Below are positions 42,112 through 52,716 of a stretch of DNA of 64,000 nucleotides, piece by piece. The number at the start of each line of letters is the position of its first letter. Within the stretch, counting starts at the first letter, position 1. This stretch comes from an uncultured Gammaproteobacteria bacterium (lineage in GTDB: Bacteria > Pseudomonadota > Gammaproteobacteria > CAWCPV01): NCBI GenBank assembly GCA_963797555.1, contig CAWCPV010000020.1, forward strand, positions 32,001 through 96,000, written 5' to 3'. The notes beneath the pieces are model-generated. The model ran no database searches and had not been told where the DNA came from. It saw only the letters and a list, made by a program, of their open reading frames with translations. A program made the position numbers and the translations under genes.

Positions 42112-42954
42112 ATGAGCGATTCCCCCAAAAAGCGGCTCGCGCGCCTCCTCAGCGCCCCCGACGAGGAGATGGACCTGGCGGAGGCCGCCCTGCTCATTGC
42201 ACAGCACGAATATCCGAACCTCGATATCCTCAGCTACCTGAAGCGCCTGGACCGGATGGCCGCCGAGGTCAAGTCGCGCATACCCCAGCATGCCGCGCCG
42301 GGCATCCTGGTGTCCGAGCTGAACCAGTTCCTGTTCGAGGAGCAGGGGTTCGCCGGCAACGTGGAGGATTACTACGACCCCCGCAACAGCTATCTCAATG
42401 AGGTGCTGGACCGGCGGCTCGGCATCCCCATCACGCTCTGCCTCGTCTACATGGAAGTGGCGCGGCGCGTGGGACTGCCGGTGGAAGGCGTGTCCTTCCC
42501 TGGCCATTTCCTGGTGAAATTTCCGGTTCCGGGGGGCGAGGTCGTTCTGGACCCGTTCGCCGGCGGCGTCTCGCTGGCCGAGGAGGATCTCGAGTCCCGC
42601 ATCGAGCAGGTCTACGGCGATCAGGCGGCGGCGCGCATGCCTGTCCGGCGTTTCCTGGGCGCGGCGCACAAGCGGGACATGCTGGCACGGATGCTGCGCA
42701 ACCTGAAGAGCATTTATATGCACCAGGGCAAGTGGGGGAAGGCTCTGGCCATCCTAGAGCAGATCCTGCTCATCGACCCGGAGGAAGCGCCCGAGTGGCG
42801 AGACCGGGGGCAGGTTTATGAGCGCCTGGAATGTTTCCGCTTCGCGCTGATGGACTACCAACGCTATCTCGAGCTGCAGCCGGACGCCGATGATGCGGAA
42901 GATATCCGCAAACGCGTTATCACGCTGCAGCGGTCCGCCGGGCAGCTCCACTAG
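42112..42954 (+). CDS. SirB1-family transglutaminase-like/TPR protein
   Basis: GFAGN..DYYDPRNSYLNEVLDRRLGIPITL, GVSFPGHFL, RMLRNLK, RDRG. Confidence 0.9.
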   Translation: MSDSPKKRLARLLSAPDEEMDLAEAALLIAQHEYPNLDILSYLKRLDRMAAEVKSRIPQHAAPGILVSELNQFLFEEQGFAGNVEDYYDPRNSYLNEVLDRRLGIPITLCLVYMEVARRVGLPVEGVSFPGHFLVKFPVPGGEVVLDPFAGGVSLAEEDLESRIEQVYGDQAAARMPVRRFLGAAHKRDMLARMLRNLKSIYMHQGKWGKALAILEQILLIDPEEAPEWRDRGQVYERLECFRFALMDYQRYLELQPDADDAEDIRKRVITLQRSAGQLH

Positions 42955-43009
42955 GGGGTGCCGGGGAGCCGTCTAGCTTCTCGCCGGCGCAGTCGATCAG
43001 CCCCCGCGC

Positions 43010-43350
43010 ATGGAGACATCGACTAACCGGCCGGTCGCCGACAAGCTGCGTGAGGCCGCACAACTGCTGGAGCAGCAGGGCGCCAATCCGTTTCGTGCGG
43101 GGCTTACCGGCGTGCCGCGGACAGTATCGATGGGCTGGAGCGGGATCTGAAGGACATCGTGGAGGACTCAGAGCTTGTGAAGAAATCGTCGCGAGCGGCC
43201 CGAGAGCAAGGCGCACGGAGCGCAGCGACGAGACATATCAAGTAGATAGGCGAGGAGCGAGCACCGCGCAACGCCGCTATCGGGACGCGCAGCAGATTTA
43301 TTCACAAGCTCTCAGGGCCGGGCGCCCTCGTGGACACACCGACGTAGGCC
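43010..43350 (+). pseudogene. PolX N-terminal HhH-domain gene remnant interrupted by the MITE-like element
   Basis: NRPVADKLREAAQLLEQQGANPFR..AYRRAADSI..L before the element; a plausible SGPGALVD continuation after it. Confidence 0.7.
43171..43311. mobile_element. MITE-like element, 141 bp, perfect 11-bp TIR, TCA target duplication
   Basis: TCA-GAGCTTGTGAA...TTCACAAGCTC-TCA; no transposase inside. Confidence 0.8.
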
Positions 43351-43531
43351 TGTGCTCAACCGCATGAACAGGCTTGGTATGCCCAAACGCGCCTCATAGG
43401 GGTGAAGCCCAGCCTGAACCTCCCACTGTACTTAATGCGCCCATAGATTTATTTGATTCACAAGGCCCTTCGCCGGTGTCCAACCAGCTCGGGGCCTCAG
43501 CCGGGGCGTTGAATTTCCTATCCTGCCTTTC

Positions 43532-44245
43532 TTATCCTCTTCCTTGGGTGGCGCGCCACTGCTCGGCGAGGTGGAGGGCGAAGCGCGTCCCCAGCGCTTC
43601 GTCTTCGTGCATGAAATAGACGTAGGTGCGGGTCAGGGCTTTTGCCGCGATGCGCTCGGCCCAGGCGCGCAGTTCGGCCTCGTCATAGTGGGTCCGCCGC
43701 AGGCGAATATAGCCGCAATCGGACGTGGCCACGTACGGGGTGTCGCCCTGGTCGGTGTCGGTGACACAGAGCATCGCGGCGTGCTCGCGCAGCGTTTCGT
43801 ACACCTCGTTGTCCTGCCACGTGGAGTTGCGGAACTCGAAGGCGGCGCGGGTGCCCGAGGGCAGCAGGCTTAGGAAATCCCGCAGCCGGGGGAGATCCTT
43901 CTTCAGGTATGGCGGCAACTGGAAGAGGAGCACGCCGAGCTTGTGCCCCAGCACCGTGGCGCGCCGCAGGAACTCGGCCACGTTCTGCTCAGCATCGCGC
44001 AGGCGGTTGTCGTGGGTGATGCGGCGCGGCGCCTTGACGCTGAAGGCGAAATGCTCGGGCACTTCCTCGGCCCAGCGCGCGAGCATGGCCTCGTCCGGCA
44101 TCCGATAGAAGGTGTTGTTGATCTCCACCGTCGGGAGACGCTCGGCGTAGTAGCGCAGCATCTCGCGCGCGGGGAGCTTGTCCGGATAGAAATGGCCCAG
44201 CCATTCCTTGAAGGAATAGCCGCTCGTTCCCGCGAACATCTGCAT
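43532..44245 (-). CDS. DUF72 protein
   Basis: GTSGYS..EW.G.FYP, TVEINNTFYR.P, F.VKAPRRITH, LFQLPP, FEFR, YIRLR. Confidence 0.92.
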   Translation of the reverse strand: MQMFAGTSGYSFKEWLGHFYPDKLPAREMLRYYAERLPTVEINNTFYRMPDEAMLARWAEEVPEHFAFSVKAPRRITHDNRLRDAEQNVAEFLRRATVLGHKLGVLLFQLPPYLKKDLPRLRDFLSLLPSGTRAAFEFRNSTWQDNEVYETLREHAAMLCVTDTDQGDTPYVATSDCGYIRLRRTHYDEAELRAWAERIAAKALTRTYVYFMHEDEALGTRFALHLAEQWRATQGRG

Positions 44246-44268
44246 CGGTGTTTGCTCCTACAATGGGC

Positions 44269-46969
44269 ATGGCCAAAAACGAGGCTCAGCGAATACTCCG
44301 CCAAGCGGACCTTCGGCGCCACGCCTGAGCCGCCGCCGGCGCTGCCGGAGGCGCGCAGCGGGCCGCTGCTGTTCGTCATCCAGCAGCATTCGGCCCGGGC
44401 GCTGCATTACGACTTCCGGCTCGAATGCGAGGGCGTGCTGAAGTCCTGGGCGGTGCCGAAAGGCCCGTCGCTCGATCCTAGCAAGAAGCGACTCGCCGTG
44501 CAGACCGAAGATCATCCGTACGAGTACGCCTCGTTCGAGGGCGTCATTCCGCCCGGACAGTACGGCGCGGGCGAGGTGATCGTCTGGGATTGCGGCGTTT
44601 ATTCTCCGGACGAAGGCCACGAGTACTGGTTCCACGACCGCCCGCAAGCGGAGCGGCGGGTGCGGGAGGCCCTCCAGAAAGGCAAGCTCGGCCTCCTGCT
44701 TTGCGGAGAGAAGGTGAAAGGCTCTTTTGCGCTCGTCCGCAGCTCGGACGGTAAGAATTGGCTCCTGATCAAGCACAAGGACCGATACGCGGCGGAGACC
44801 GATATCGCCAGTCAGAACCGCTCGGTGCTGTCGGGAATGGTGGTCGAGGACCTCAAGGTTCTCCCGGCCCATCCCATTCCCGCTTCGCGGCTCGTGCCCG
44901 CGGGCGGGATCGAGGCGATGCCCGCGAAGCTCTTGCCGATGCTCGCCGAATCGGGCGATGCCCCATTCAACGATGCGGACTGGGTGTGGGAGCCGAAGCT
45001 CGACGGCTATCGGGTGCTGGCCTTCGTGGGCGAAGACGGCGTGAGGCTTCGTTCGCGGCGGGGCCTGGAATTGACCGCTGCTTTCCCCCGGTTGAGCGCG
45101 GAGCTCGCTCAGCAGGCCGCGAGCATGGTCCTGGACGGGGAGATCGTGGCCTTCGACGCGAGCGGCAAGCCGTCGTTCGGTGCCCTGCAGAATCGCGTTC
45201 AATTGAAGACCGAGCGGGAGATCGCGGCGGCCGACCGGAACGCGCCCGCGGTCTTCTGCTGCTTCGATCTGCTGCACTTCGCCGGCCTCGACCTGCGCAA
45301 GGCGCCGTATCGGGACCGGCGGCGCTACCTCGCGCAGTGCCTGCTGCCTTCCCCACTCGTGCAGCGCGTGCACTCCCAGGAAGACGGCGTCGCCCTGCAT
45401 GCGGCGGCGCTCGCGAGCGGCTTCGAGGGAGTCGTCGGCAAGCGCAAGGACAGCCGCTACGAAAGCGGCCGGCGCTCGGCGGCGTGGCTCAAGATCAAGT
45501 CGATGAACAGCGCGGAATTCGTCGTCGGCGGCTACACGAAGGGGAAGGGCTCGCGCGCGCCGCTCGGGGCGCTGCTGGTCGGCTACTGGGACGAAGGAAA
45601 GCTGCGCTATGCGTCGCACGTCGGGTCGGGCTTCGATGGGGACAGCCTGGCGGAGATGAAGGCGCGGCTGGACCCCCTGCGCAGGGATACCTGCCCGTTC
45701 GCCGAGAAGCCGGAGCTACACAGTCCGACCACCTGGGTCGAGCCCGAAGTCGTCGCCGAGGTGAAGTTCCAGAACTGGACCGACGACGGCTTCCTGCGCG
45801 CGCCGGTCTTCCTGCGGCTGCGGGACGACATCGATCCGAAGACCGTGCGGCGCCCCGGACGCGGCCAGGCAGCGGCGCCCGCGGCTGCAAGCGCCGGCGG
45901 AGAGATCGACGACATCCTGCGGCAACTGGAGAGCAGGAAGGCGGCGTTCACCCTCGCAGTCGGTGCGCACCAGATCCGGCTGACGCATCTCGACCGCGTG
46001 TACTGGCCGGCCGATCCCGCTCTCGCGCAGCCCGCCTTGACCAAGCGCGACCTGCTGCGTTATTTCGCGCAAGTATCTGCCTTCATGCTGCCGCATCTCG
46101 CGGACCGGCCCCTCACCATGATCCGCATGCCAGACGGCATTTACGGGCAGCGTTTTTTCCAGAAGCACTGGGAGCAGCAGCGTCCCGAGTTCGCCGAGAC
46201 GATCACCGTGTTTTCGGAGCACAAGGACGAAATCCACCAGTATCTGCTGTGCAATAACTTGCCGACGCTCCTGTGGCTCGCGCAGTCCGGGTCGATCGAG
46301 TTCCACGTCTGGCATTCGCGTGCCAAGCCCGGCCCGGACGCGGCGAGCCGGAGCACCGACTACGCCGCCTCGGCCGCCGCGCTGGAGGGCTCGGTGCTCA
46401 ACTATCCCGACTATGTCGTGTTCGACCTCGACCCGTACATCTATTCCGGCAAGGAGGCGCCGGGCGCCGAGCCCGAGCTGAACACGGTCGCCTTCGAGAA
46501 GGGCAAGGAGGTGGCGTTCCAACTGCGCGAGCTGCTGCAGAGCATGTCCATCGAGCCCATCGTCAAGACCTCGGGCAAGACCGGACTGCACGTTTTCGTG
46601 CCGGTCGAGCGGACGCTCGATTTCGATGCCGCGCGGCAAGTGAGCGAGCTGATCGGCCGGCATCTGGTACGCCGCCACCCGAAAGACATCACGATGGAGT
46701 GGAGCATTCCCAAGCGAAGCGGGAAGATCTTCCTCGACTATACTATGAACGTTCGCGGCAAGACGCTGGCCGCTGCCTACTCGCCGAGAGGCGCGGCCGG
46801 CGCGCCGGTGTCGATGCCGCTCACGTGGGAACAGCTCGCCGGTGCGCACCCGCTCGACTTCAGGATCAGCAACGTCGCGCACCGCCTGGCGGAAACGGGC
46901 GATCCCTGGCGCGACGCCCTGAGGCACAAGCAGAGCTTCGAGCGCGCCCTGGGACGCGCCAAGGCTTAA
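44269..46969 (+). CDS. ligD: NHEJ DNA ligase D (phosphoesterase-ligase-polymerase); start codon out of frame by one base in an A run
   Basis: PE domain (HYDFRLE, SWAVPKGPS); ligase domain (EPKLDGYR, LDGE, EGVVGK); polymerase domain (FDLDP, KTSGKTGLH). Confidence 0.95.
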
Positions 46970-47027
46970 CCGGTCATGGCGATGATCGCCACCCCAGAGC
47001 ATGAAGACCCCTGCGTCATGACCGGTT

Positions 47028-47062
47028 CCCTCACCCCTCCCTCTCCCGCACGCGGGCGAGGG
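47028..47062. repeat. REP-like GC-rich palindrome
   Basis: CCCTCACCCCTCCCTCTCCCGCACGCGGGCGAGGG between ligD and ku, resembling a common proteobacterial intergenic palindrome. Confidence 0.5.
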
Positions 47063-47114
47063 TGAGGAGGAGCGCCTACGGCGTGTTTTCACAGTAATGG
47101 GATCGGAGGCAAGC

Positions 47115-47942
47115 ATGGCTGCACGGTCGATTGCGTCGTTGACGGTTTCCTTCGGACTGGTGGCTATCCCGGTGAAGCTTTATTCCGCCACCGAGGCGAG
47201 CCGGGCGATCTCGTTCAACCTCCTGCACAAGACGTGCGGATCGCGCCTCAAGCAGCAGTACGTCTGCGTCAAGGAGGAGGTCGTGGTGCCCCGCGAGGAC
47301 ATGGTGAAGGGGTATGAATTCGCCAAGGAGCAGTACGTGACGTTCGCGCCCGAGGAGCTGCAGGCGCTCGAGGAGGCGGGTACGCACAGCGCCGAGATCA
47401 CGGAGTTCGTGCCCATCGAGGCGATCGACCCGGTGTTCTTCGACAAGGCCTACTACCTCGCTCCCGACAGGGGCGGCGCCAAGCCCTACGCGCTGCTCGC
47501 GCGAGCCTTGCGCGAATCGAAGCGTTGCGCGGTCGGCCGCTGGGCCGCGCGCGGCAAGCAGTACATCGTGATGATCCGCCCGGTCGAGGACGGTCTCGCC
47601 ATGCAGCAGCTCCTCTACGCCGCCGAGGTGAGGTCGATCAAGGACCTCGACATCCCGAAGACCGACGTGAAGGACGCCGAGCTGAAGCTCGCGCACCAGC
47701 TCATCGAGCAGCAGGCCTCCGACAAGTTCGAGCCCGCCGCCTACACGGACGAGGTGCGGGCGCGCATCGAGGCCGCGGTGGAGAAGAAAGTGCAGGGCCA
47801 GGAGATCACGATGGCGGAGGAGCCCGCAGGCGGCGCGCAGGTCATCGACCTGATGGAGGCGCTGCGCGCGAGCCTGGAGAAGAAGCCGGCCAAGCGCGCA
47901 CAGCCGGCCAAACCGGGTGCCCGGAAGGCTGGCAAGAAATAA
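47115..47942 (+). CDS. ku: NHEJ Ku protein
   Basis: SFGLVAIPVKLYSAT, VKGYE, YYLAP, VIDLMEALRASL and a basic tail. Confidence 0.95.
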   Translation: MAARSIASLTVSFGLVAIPVKLYSATEASRAISFNLLHKTCGSRLKQQYVCVKEEVVVPREDMVKGYEFAKEQYVTFAPEELQALEEAGTHSAEITEFVPIEAIDPVFFDKAYYLAPDRGGAKPYALLARALRESKRCAVGRWAARGKQYIVMIRPVEDGLAMQQLLYAAEVRSIKDLDIPKTDVKDAELKLAHQLIEQQASDKFEPAAYTDEVRARIEAAVEKKVQGQEITMAEEPAGGAQVIDLMEALRASLEKKPAKRAQPAKPGARKAGKK

Positions 47943-47962
47943 CGCCGGCAAGCAGCGGCGCC

Positions 47963-48784
47963 ATGCACCACTATGGCACGGGCGAAGTCGAAAGGCTGCT
48001 TCGCCTGCCGCGCAGCACCATCCGTGCGTTGATCCAGGCCGGTTTCGTAGCGCCCGCCCGCGGGCCGCGCGGGGCCTGGCGGTTCTCGTTCCAGGACCTG
48101 GTCGTCCTGCGCACCGCACAGGCGCTCGCCGCGGCCAAGGTACCGCGCCGGCGGATCACGCGCTCCATCCAGGAACTCCGCCGCCACCTTCCCGAGTCCA
48201 TGCCGCTGTCCGGACTGAGCATCTGCGCCGTCGCCGACCGCGTCGTCGTCAAGGAAGGCGGCGGCTGCTGGCAGGCGGACTCCGGCCAATACCTGCTCGC
48301 GTTCGAGGGCGACTCCGCCGACGGCTCCTTGCGCGTGATCGAGCGGCCTGGCCCGGCGCCGTCATCGAGCGCAGAAGACTGGTTCGACCAGGGGGCCGCC
48401 CTGGAGAACGAGGACGCAGAGGCCGCGCTGCGCGCCTACGAGCAAGCTGTCGCGGCGGACCCGACGCTGCTCGATGCGCGGATCAACATGGGATGGCTCC
48501 TGCACCAAGCCGGGCGTCTCGCCGAGGCCGAACGCGTCTACCGCGACGCGATCCGAGCCTGCGGCAACGATGCCATGCTGCTATATAACCTCGGCGTTCT
48601 CCTCGATGACATGGACCGCAAGGGCGAGGCGGTGCAAGCGTATGAGGAGGCCCTGCGCGGCAATCCCGAGCTGGCGGACTGCCACTACAACCTGGCGCTG
48701 CTGTGCGAAGCGCTCGACAAGCCGAAGGACGCGATCCGGCATATGGCGCAGTATCGGCGGCTCATGGAGAAGGCGGGCGGATGA
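47963..48784 (+). CDS. MerR-like HTH plus TPR protein
   Basis: Y...EV..LL.L....IR....GFV.P.R...FSFQDLVVLR, then several TPRs (YNLGVLL, HYNLALL). Confidence 0.8.
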   Translation: MHHYGTGEVERLLRLPRSTIRALIQAGFVAPARGPRGAWRFSFQDLVVLRTAQALAAAKVPRRRITRSIQELRRHLPESMPLSGLSICAVADRVVVKEGGGCWQADSGQYLLAFEGDSADGSLRVIERPGPAPSSSAEDWFDQGAALENEDAEAALRAYEQAVAADPTLLDARINMGWLLHQAGRLAEAERVYRDAIRACGNDAMLLYNLGVLLDDMDRKGEAVQAYEEALRGNPELADCHYNLALLCEALDKPKDAIRHMAQYRRLMEKAGG

Positions 48785-48932
48785 GGGGCAAACTACGGCA
48801 CCCGGCGGGCGTATTCGCAGCATGGCTCGTCGGTGGCTGCGCGACTCCGGGCCGACTAAAGGGCTACACCACCACTGACCAGCACCTGGATACCGAAGGT
48901 GCGAACCGCCCGCTGTTCCTCCGTCCCCTTCA

Positions 48933-49259
48933 TCAAACGCCAACTTCCTTTAGCTCGCCGGCCTTCACGTGTGATAAGACACGCTCTAGTTCCGGAACAA
49001 GGGGCCGAAGAAACTCTAGCTTGTTTCTCGGGGCCACCAACACCACCACGGCGATGTTCCGACCCGAGACCGGCTGCTGGTACTTGAGCTTTTGATCAGT
49101 AGTAATGAGAACATCGAAATGGGACTCGGCAAGCTGAAGCAGTTCGCCGTTCTCCTTCGCCGCCCAGCCCATCTCTGGGACGGTTCGCACCTCATGGTTC
49201 GGCAGCTCTCGCCGAAGACGGCGTGGTACGCATTCGTCAAGCAGCAGTCGCACGCTCAA
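48933..49259 (-). CDS. DUF5615/VapC45-like PIN toxin
   Basis: LLLDECVP, GW...NGELL, LITTD; overlaps the DUF433 gene. Confidence 0.85.
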   Translation of the reverse strand: MSVRLLLDECVPRRLRRELPNHEVRTVPEMGWAAKENGELLQLAESHFDVLITTDQKLKYQQPVSGRNIAVVVLVAPRNKLEFLRPLVPELERVLSHVKAGELKEVGV

Positions 49260-49461
49260 TCAGGGAGTCCTTGGCCGCCTGCAGAACCGCAACCGCATGC
49301 TCGCGGCTCACCGTGGGAAAGTCCTCCAGGAACTCGTCTAAGGAACTACCTTCTTCTAGATAGTCCATGAGGGTCTGCACCGGCACCCGCGTGCCCGTGA
49401 ATACGACGGCCCCACTCATGACCGTTTTCGAGCTGCTTATCAGGGGATCCGGAACACTCAT
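49237..49461 (-). CDS. DUF433 antitoxin
   Basis: MSGAVVFTGTRVPV..L.DYL..G.SLDEFLEDFPTV. Confidence 0.9.
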   Translation of the reverse strand: MSVPDPLISSSKTVMSGAVVFTGTRVPVQTLMDYLEEGSSLDEFLEDFPTVSREHAVAVLQAAKDSLIERATAA

Positions 49462-49555
49462 CCCATTCCTCCCATTTTCCCAACGCCAGCGGCTCATTCC
49501 AAAGCTCAGGGGTGCGCGGCTGTCCGATCGCCCGCCTTGAGCTGCGGGAGACGCG

Positions 49556-49792
49556 TCACTCCCGTACGCCGACCGTAAGTTGTTCGGCGTGCACCAAGTG
49601 CTCATTGTCAGGAATCGGCTGGCTGTGGGCAAGCAAGGCATCGATGTGCTGTGAGACGCCAGCCGCATGTTCCGCTTGGCTTCCTATCGTCTTGCCTTTG
49701 CCAAAACATCCGGGCAGGGTTCGGCTGTAGGCGTAATAGTCTTCGTCCTCGGGTTCCTTCTCGATAAGAATTTCGAAGGTGTAATAGTTCAT
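49556..49792 (-). pseudogene. HicB-like antitoxin, probably degenerate
   Basis: YTFEILIEKE.ED..YYAY...LPGC...GKTI, then a disrupted helix; no hicA seen. Confidence 0.6.
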
Positions 49793-50004
49793 CGCTGCAT
49801 CGCTGGCCCATTTGCTTATTATCGATCATGGCACGCTGGCAAGCCGTCGAGCAACTCCCGCCTTAATGGTGTGTGCCGCCTTTGCTCGGCGGGGCGGGAT
49901 AAGGCCGACCGCCCCGATTGTATGCACAGGCGAAGCACGACGCCCGCGGCCGTGCGCTTCGCAGATGCAGGAACGTCAACCCGTGGGGATACCTCAGAGT
50001 CAGG

Positions 50005-50110
50005 GCCGGTTGAGTTGCCGCCAAGCACTGCGGTCATCGTCATTGTGTAGAGGTCCTCCCATCGGTCGCCCCGCGAGGTGACGTGATAGAGCCTGCCGGC
50101 CAGCTCTATC
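50005..50110 (-). pseudogene. Y1/RAYT (IS200-like) transposase N-terminal remnant
   Basis: Encodes GRLYHVTSRGDR.EDLY followed by a DDDR-like segment. Confidence 0.6.
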
Positions 50111-50242
50111 CCAAGAGGGGTTGCCCCGCGCGCCGTGTAGCCCTCAGATGTGGTAGCGCAGGCATGGTACCGTTCCCGAATTGTTTACCGAGTTTGCTAC
50201 CTGCATTACAATGCACATGTGTATATTGCGGGAGCTGAGACG

Positions 50243-50536
50243 ATGAAGAGCGAGCGTATGACCATCCTGGTGACTCCGGAGCAGAAGGCCGCGATTCTGG
50301 CGCGTGCCGAGCGCCTCGGTGTGAGCGCTGGGGAGATGGTGCGCCGTGCGGTGGAGTCCTACGATCCCGCGGCGGGCTCGGATGAGGATCAGGCGGTTCT
50401 CGAGGCACTGGCCGACGAGCTGGTCACGGCGGCCGAGGCCGCGCGGACGGCGCTCCGAGAGGCCAACGAGGAGTTGCAGTCCACCCTAAAGCAGCTCGCC
50501 CAGCGCAGAGAGGCAGCGGAGAATGTCGGCGTTTGA
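50243..50536 (+). CDS. RHH/CopG-like DNA-binding protein with coiled-coil tail
   Basis: ERMTILVTPEQKAAI..RA..LGVS.GEMVRRAV; palindrome-like GCACATGTGT upstream. Confidence 0.72.
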   Translation: MKSERMTILVTPEQKAAILARAERLGVSAGEMVRRAVESYDPAAGSDEDQAVLEALADELVTAAEAARTALREANEELQSTLKQLAQRREAAENVGV

Positions 50537-50732
50537 ACGTGTGCTGCAGGGCGTCAAGCAGGTGCTGCTGGTGGCCGAGGACGTGAAGCGGCTATCCGAG
50601 ACCGTGAGGACCCTCGGCATCGAGGTGCGCAACGTCAATCGCAGGCTCGCCCGCCTCGAAGGCGTGGTTGCGGTCGCGGCGGCACAGACCGGCCACACTC
50701 CACGCAAACGGCTGACGAAGAGAGGGAGCTGA
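50523..50732 (+). CDS. Small coiled-coil hypothetical protein overlapping the RHH gene
   Basis: 69 aa, overlapping start, RRLARLEG motif. Confidence 0.6.
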   Translation: MSAFERVLQGVKQVLLVAEDVKRLSETVRTLGIEVRNVNRRLARLEGVVAVAAAQTGHTPRKRLTKRGS

Positions 50733-51084
50733 CAAAGAGCGAAGGCTCTCCAGACGCGCTGGCCCCGCATCCAACCCTTCGGCGTTGTAATGGTGATGAA
50801 CAACGGGGTCGAACCTTGCGGTCAAGCGTGATTGATTGCAGATGCGGGGTCGAGGCGAACAGGCAGGTTCGAGCATTGCCCGCCGACATCTTTGAGCTAC
50901 GCTGAGATGCCTGATTGCAAGACCTGACGCCGTGGTTTCCGCATGCCGGGTCACGCCTTCTTTTAGGTGTTCCTTTCTCGCTGCCTCAAGGTAGAACGTG
51001 TCGTCGTGAGCGCTCCTTGCGTAATTAGCTCCCACCCCCGGACCTCCCCACGTTCTGACTGTCCTCAGCCTTGACGCCCCCTAG

Positions 51085-52610
51085 CAGCCTGTCGGACTTA
51101 GCCCTGTACAATAGCGGCCACTGCCCCGAGGAGTTTTGAGATGAGCCGCTTTCGCCCGATTGACCGTGACACGGACTTTCTGTTGCCGCCGTCGGTGCAG
51201 GACTGGCTGCCCGAGGCCCACCTGGCGCGCTACGTAGTGGAGGTGGTCGAAGGACTGGCCCTTGGCGAGCTGGAGCGCGCCTATGCCGGCAACGGAAGCG
51301 CGGCCTACCACCCGGCGCTGCTGCTGTCGCTGCTGATATACGGTTATGCCACGGGCAGCTTCTCCAGCCGCAAGATCGAGCGGGCGACCTACGATTCGCT
51401 GGCCTTTCGGTTCATCGCCTGTAACCAGCATCCCGACCACGACACCCTGGCGAGTTTTCGGCGGCGCTTTGGCAAGCAATTCGAAGCGGCCTTTGTGCAG
51501 GTCCTGCAAGTGGCACGAGAGAACCAGATCAGCCGCTTCGGCACGGTCAGCCTGGACGGCACCAAGCTGCACGCCAACGCCAGCCGGCACAGTGCCTTGT
51601 CTTACGGCCACGCCGAGCAGATCGAGGCCCAACTCAAGGCCGAGGTCCAAGAGCTGCTCGCACTGGCCGAACAAGCTGACCAAACGGCGGTGGCGGACGG
51701 GATGAGCCTTCCGGAAGAACTGCAGCGCCGGCAGGACCGTCTTGCGGCCATCGCCGAGGCCAAGGCCAAGATCGAGGCACGCGCCCAGGAACGTTTCGCG
51801 CGCGAGCAGGCCGACTATGAAGCCAAGGTGGCCGCCCGTGCGGCCAAGGCCGCGGCAAGCGGCAAGAAACCCGCTGGCAAGGAGCCGAAGCCGCCCCAGC
51901 CCGGGCCACGTGCCGAAGACCAGATCAACCTGACCGACCAAGAATCCCGCATCATGCCCGTGGCGGGCGGCGGCTTCGAGCAGAGCTACAACGCCCAAGC
52001 GCTGGTGGACAGCGAGACGATGCTGGTGGTTCTCGCCCACGTCACCCAAGCGGCCAACGACAAAGAGCAGGTCGAGCCGATGGTCGGAAAACTCCAAGCC
52101 CTGCCCGAGGGGCTGAATCAGCCCGAGAAGCTTCTGGCCGACGCCGGTTACTTCAGCGAGCACAACGTTGCCGCTTGCCAGCAGGCTGAGATCCAACCGC
52201 TCATCGCGGTAGGCCGGGAGGGGCATCATCCCCATTGGACGGAACGCTTCAGCGAGCCGCCGCCACTGCCGGAAAAGGCGGGGCCGCTGGAGACGATGAA
52301 GCACAGGCTCAAGACACGCCAAGGCAAAGCGGACTATGCCCTACGCAAGCAAACCGTGGAGCCGGTCTTCGGTATCATCAAGTCGGTGATGGGATTTCGC
52401 CAATTCCTGCTGCGTGGCCTGCAAAACGTCCAAGCCGAATGGACGCTGGTGTGTCTCGCCTGGAATCTAAAACGCATGGCCGCATTGCGTCTGTAACCGG
52501 GAAGTTGGCGGAAAAATGGCCAAATTCCGGCCCTAAATCGCCCATTTTGGTGCCAAAGCAACACTGAAACGGTTTGGGATGGTCTTGGGAAGCTCAAGTC
52601 CGACAGGCTG
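51085..52610 (+). mobile_element. IS1182-family insertion sequence, apparently intact
   Basis: Perfect 15-bp TIR CAGCCTGTCGGACTT / AAGTCCGACAGGCTG, flanked by CTAG on both sides. Confidence 0.92.
51141..52496 (+). CDS. IS1182-family DDE transposase
   Basis: LLPPSV.DWLPE.HLA, SSRKIE, PDHDT, LDGTK, TD.ESRIM, YNAQ, ADAGY, RKQTVEPVFG.IK. Confidence 0.95.
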   Translation: MSRFRPIDRDTDFLLPPSVQDWLPEAHLARYVVEVVEGLALGELERAYAGNGSAAYHPALLLSLLIYGYATGSFSSRKIERATYDSLAFRFIACNQHPDHDTLASFRRRFGKQFEAAFVQVLQVARENQISRFGTVSLDGTKLHANASRHSALSYGHAEQIEAQLKAEVQELLALAEQADQTAVADGMSLPEELQRRQDRLAAIAEAKAKIEARAQERFAREQADYEAKVAARAAKAAASGKKPAGKEPKPPQPGPRAEDQINLTDQESRIMPVAGGGFEQSYNAQALVDSETMLVVLAHVTQAANDKEQVEPMVGKLQALPEGLNQPEKLLADAGYFSEHNVAACQQAEIQPLIAVGREGHHPHWTERFSEPPPLPEKAGPLETMKHRLKTRQGKADYALRKQTVEPVFGIIKSVMGFRQFLLRGLQNVQAEWTLVCLAWNLKRMAALRL

Positions 52611-52716
52611 CTAGTGCCTGGCACAGGATTGTGCTCGGGCAGGGCCAACGGCAGGGCACCGCGCCCGCCCTATGACAAGAATCATGGCGAAATCCATGGA
52701 TGCTCGGGAGGCCAGC

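Noticed and set aside
43943-44268. N-terminal extension of the 1008-aa LigD ORF
   Set aside because: It overlaps DUF72 on the opposite strand; the real start is the ATG at 44269, displaced by an extra A.
44258-47116. Long antisense and alternate-frame ORFs over ligD (similar ones over ppsA, the aminopeptidase and the transposase)
   Set aside because: These are shadow ORFs expected from high-GC codon bias opposite well-supported genes.
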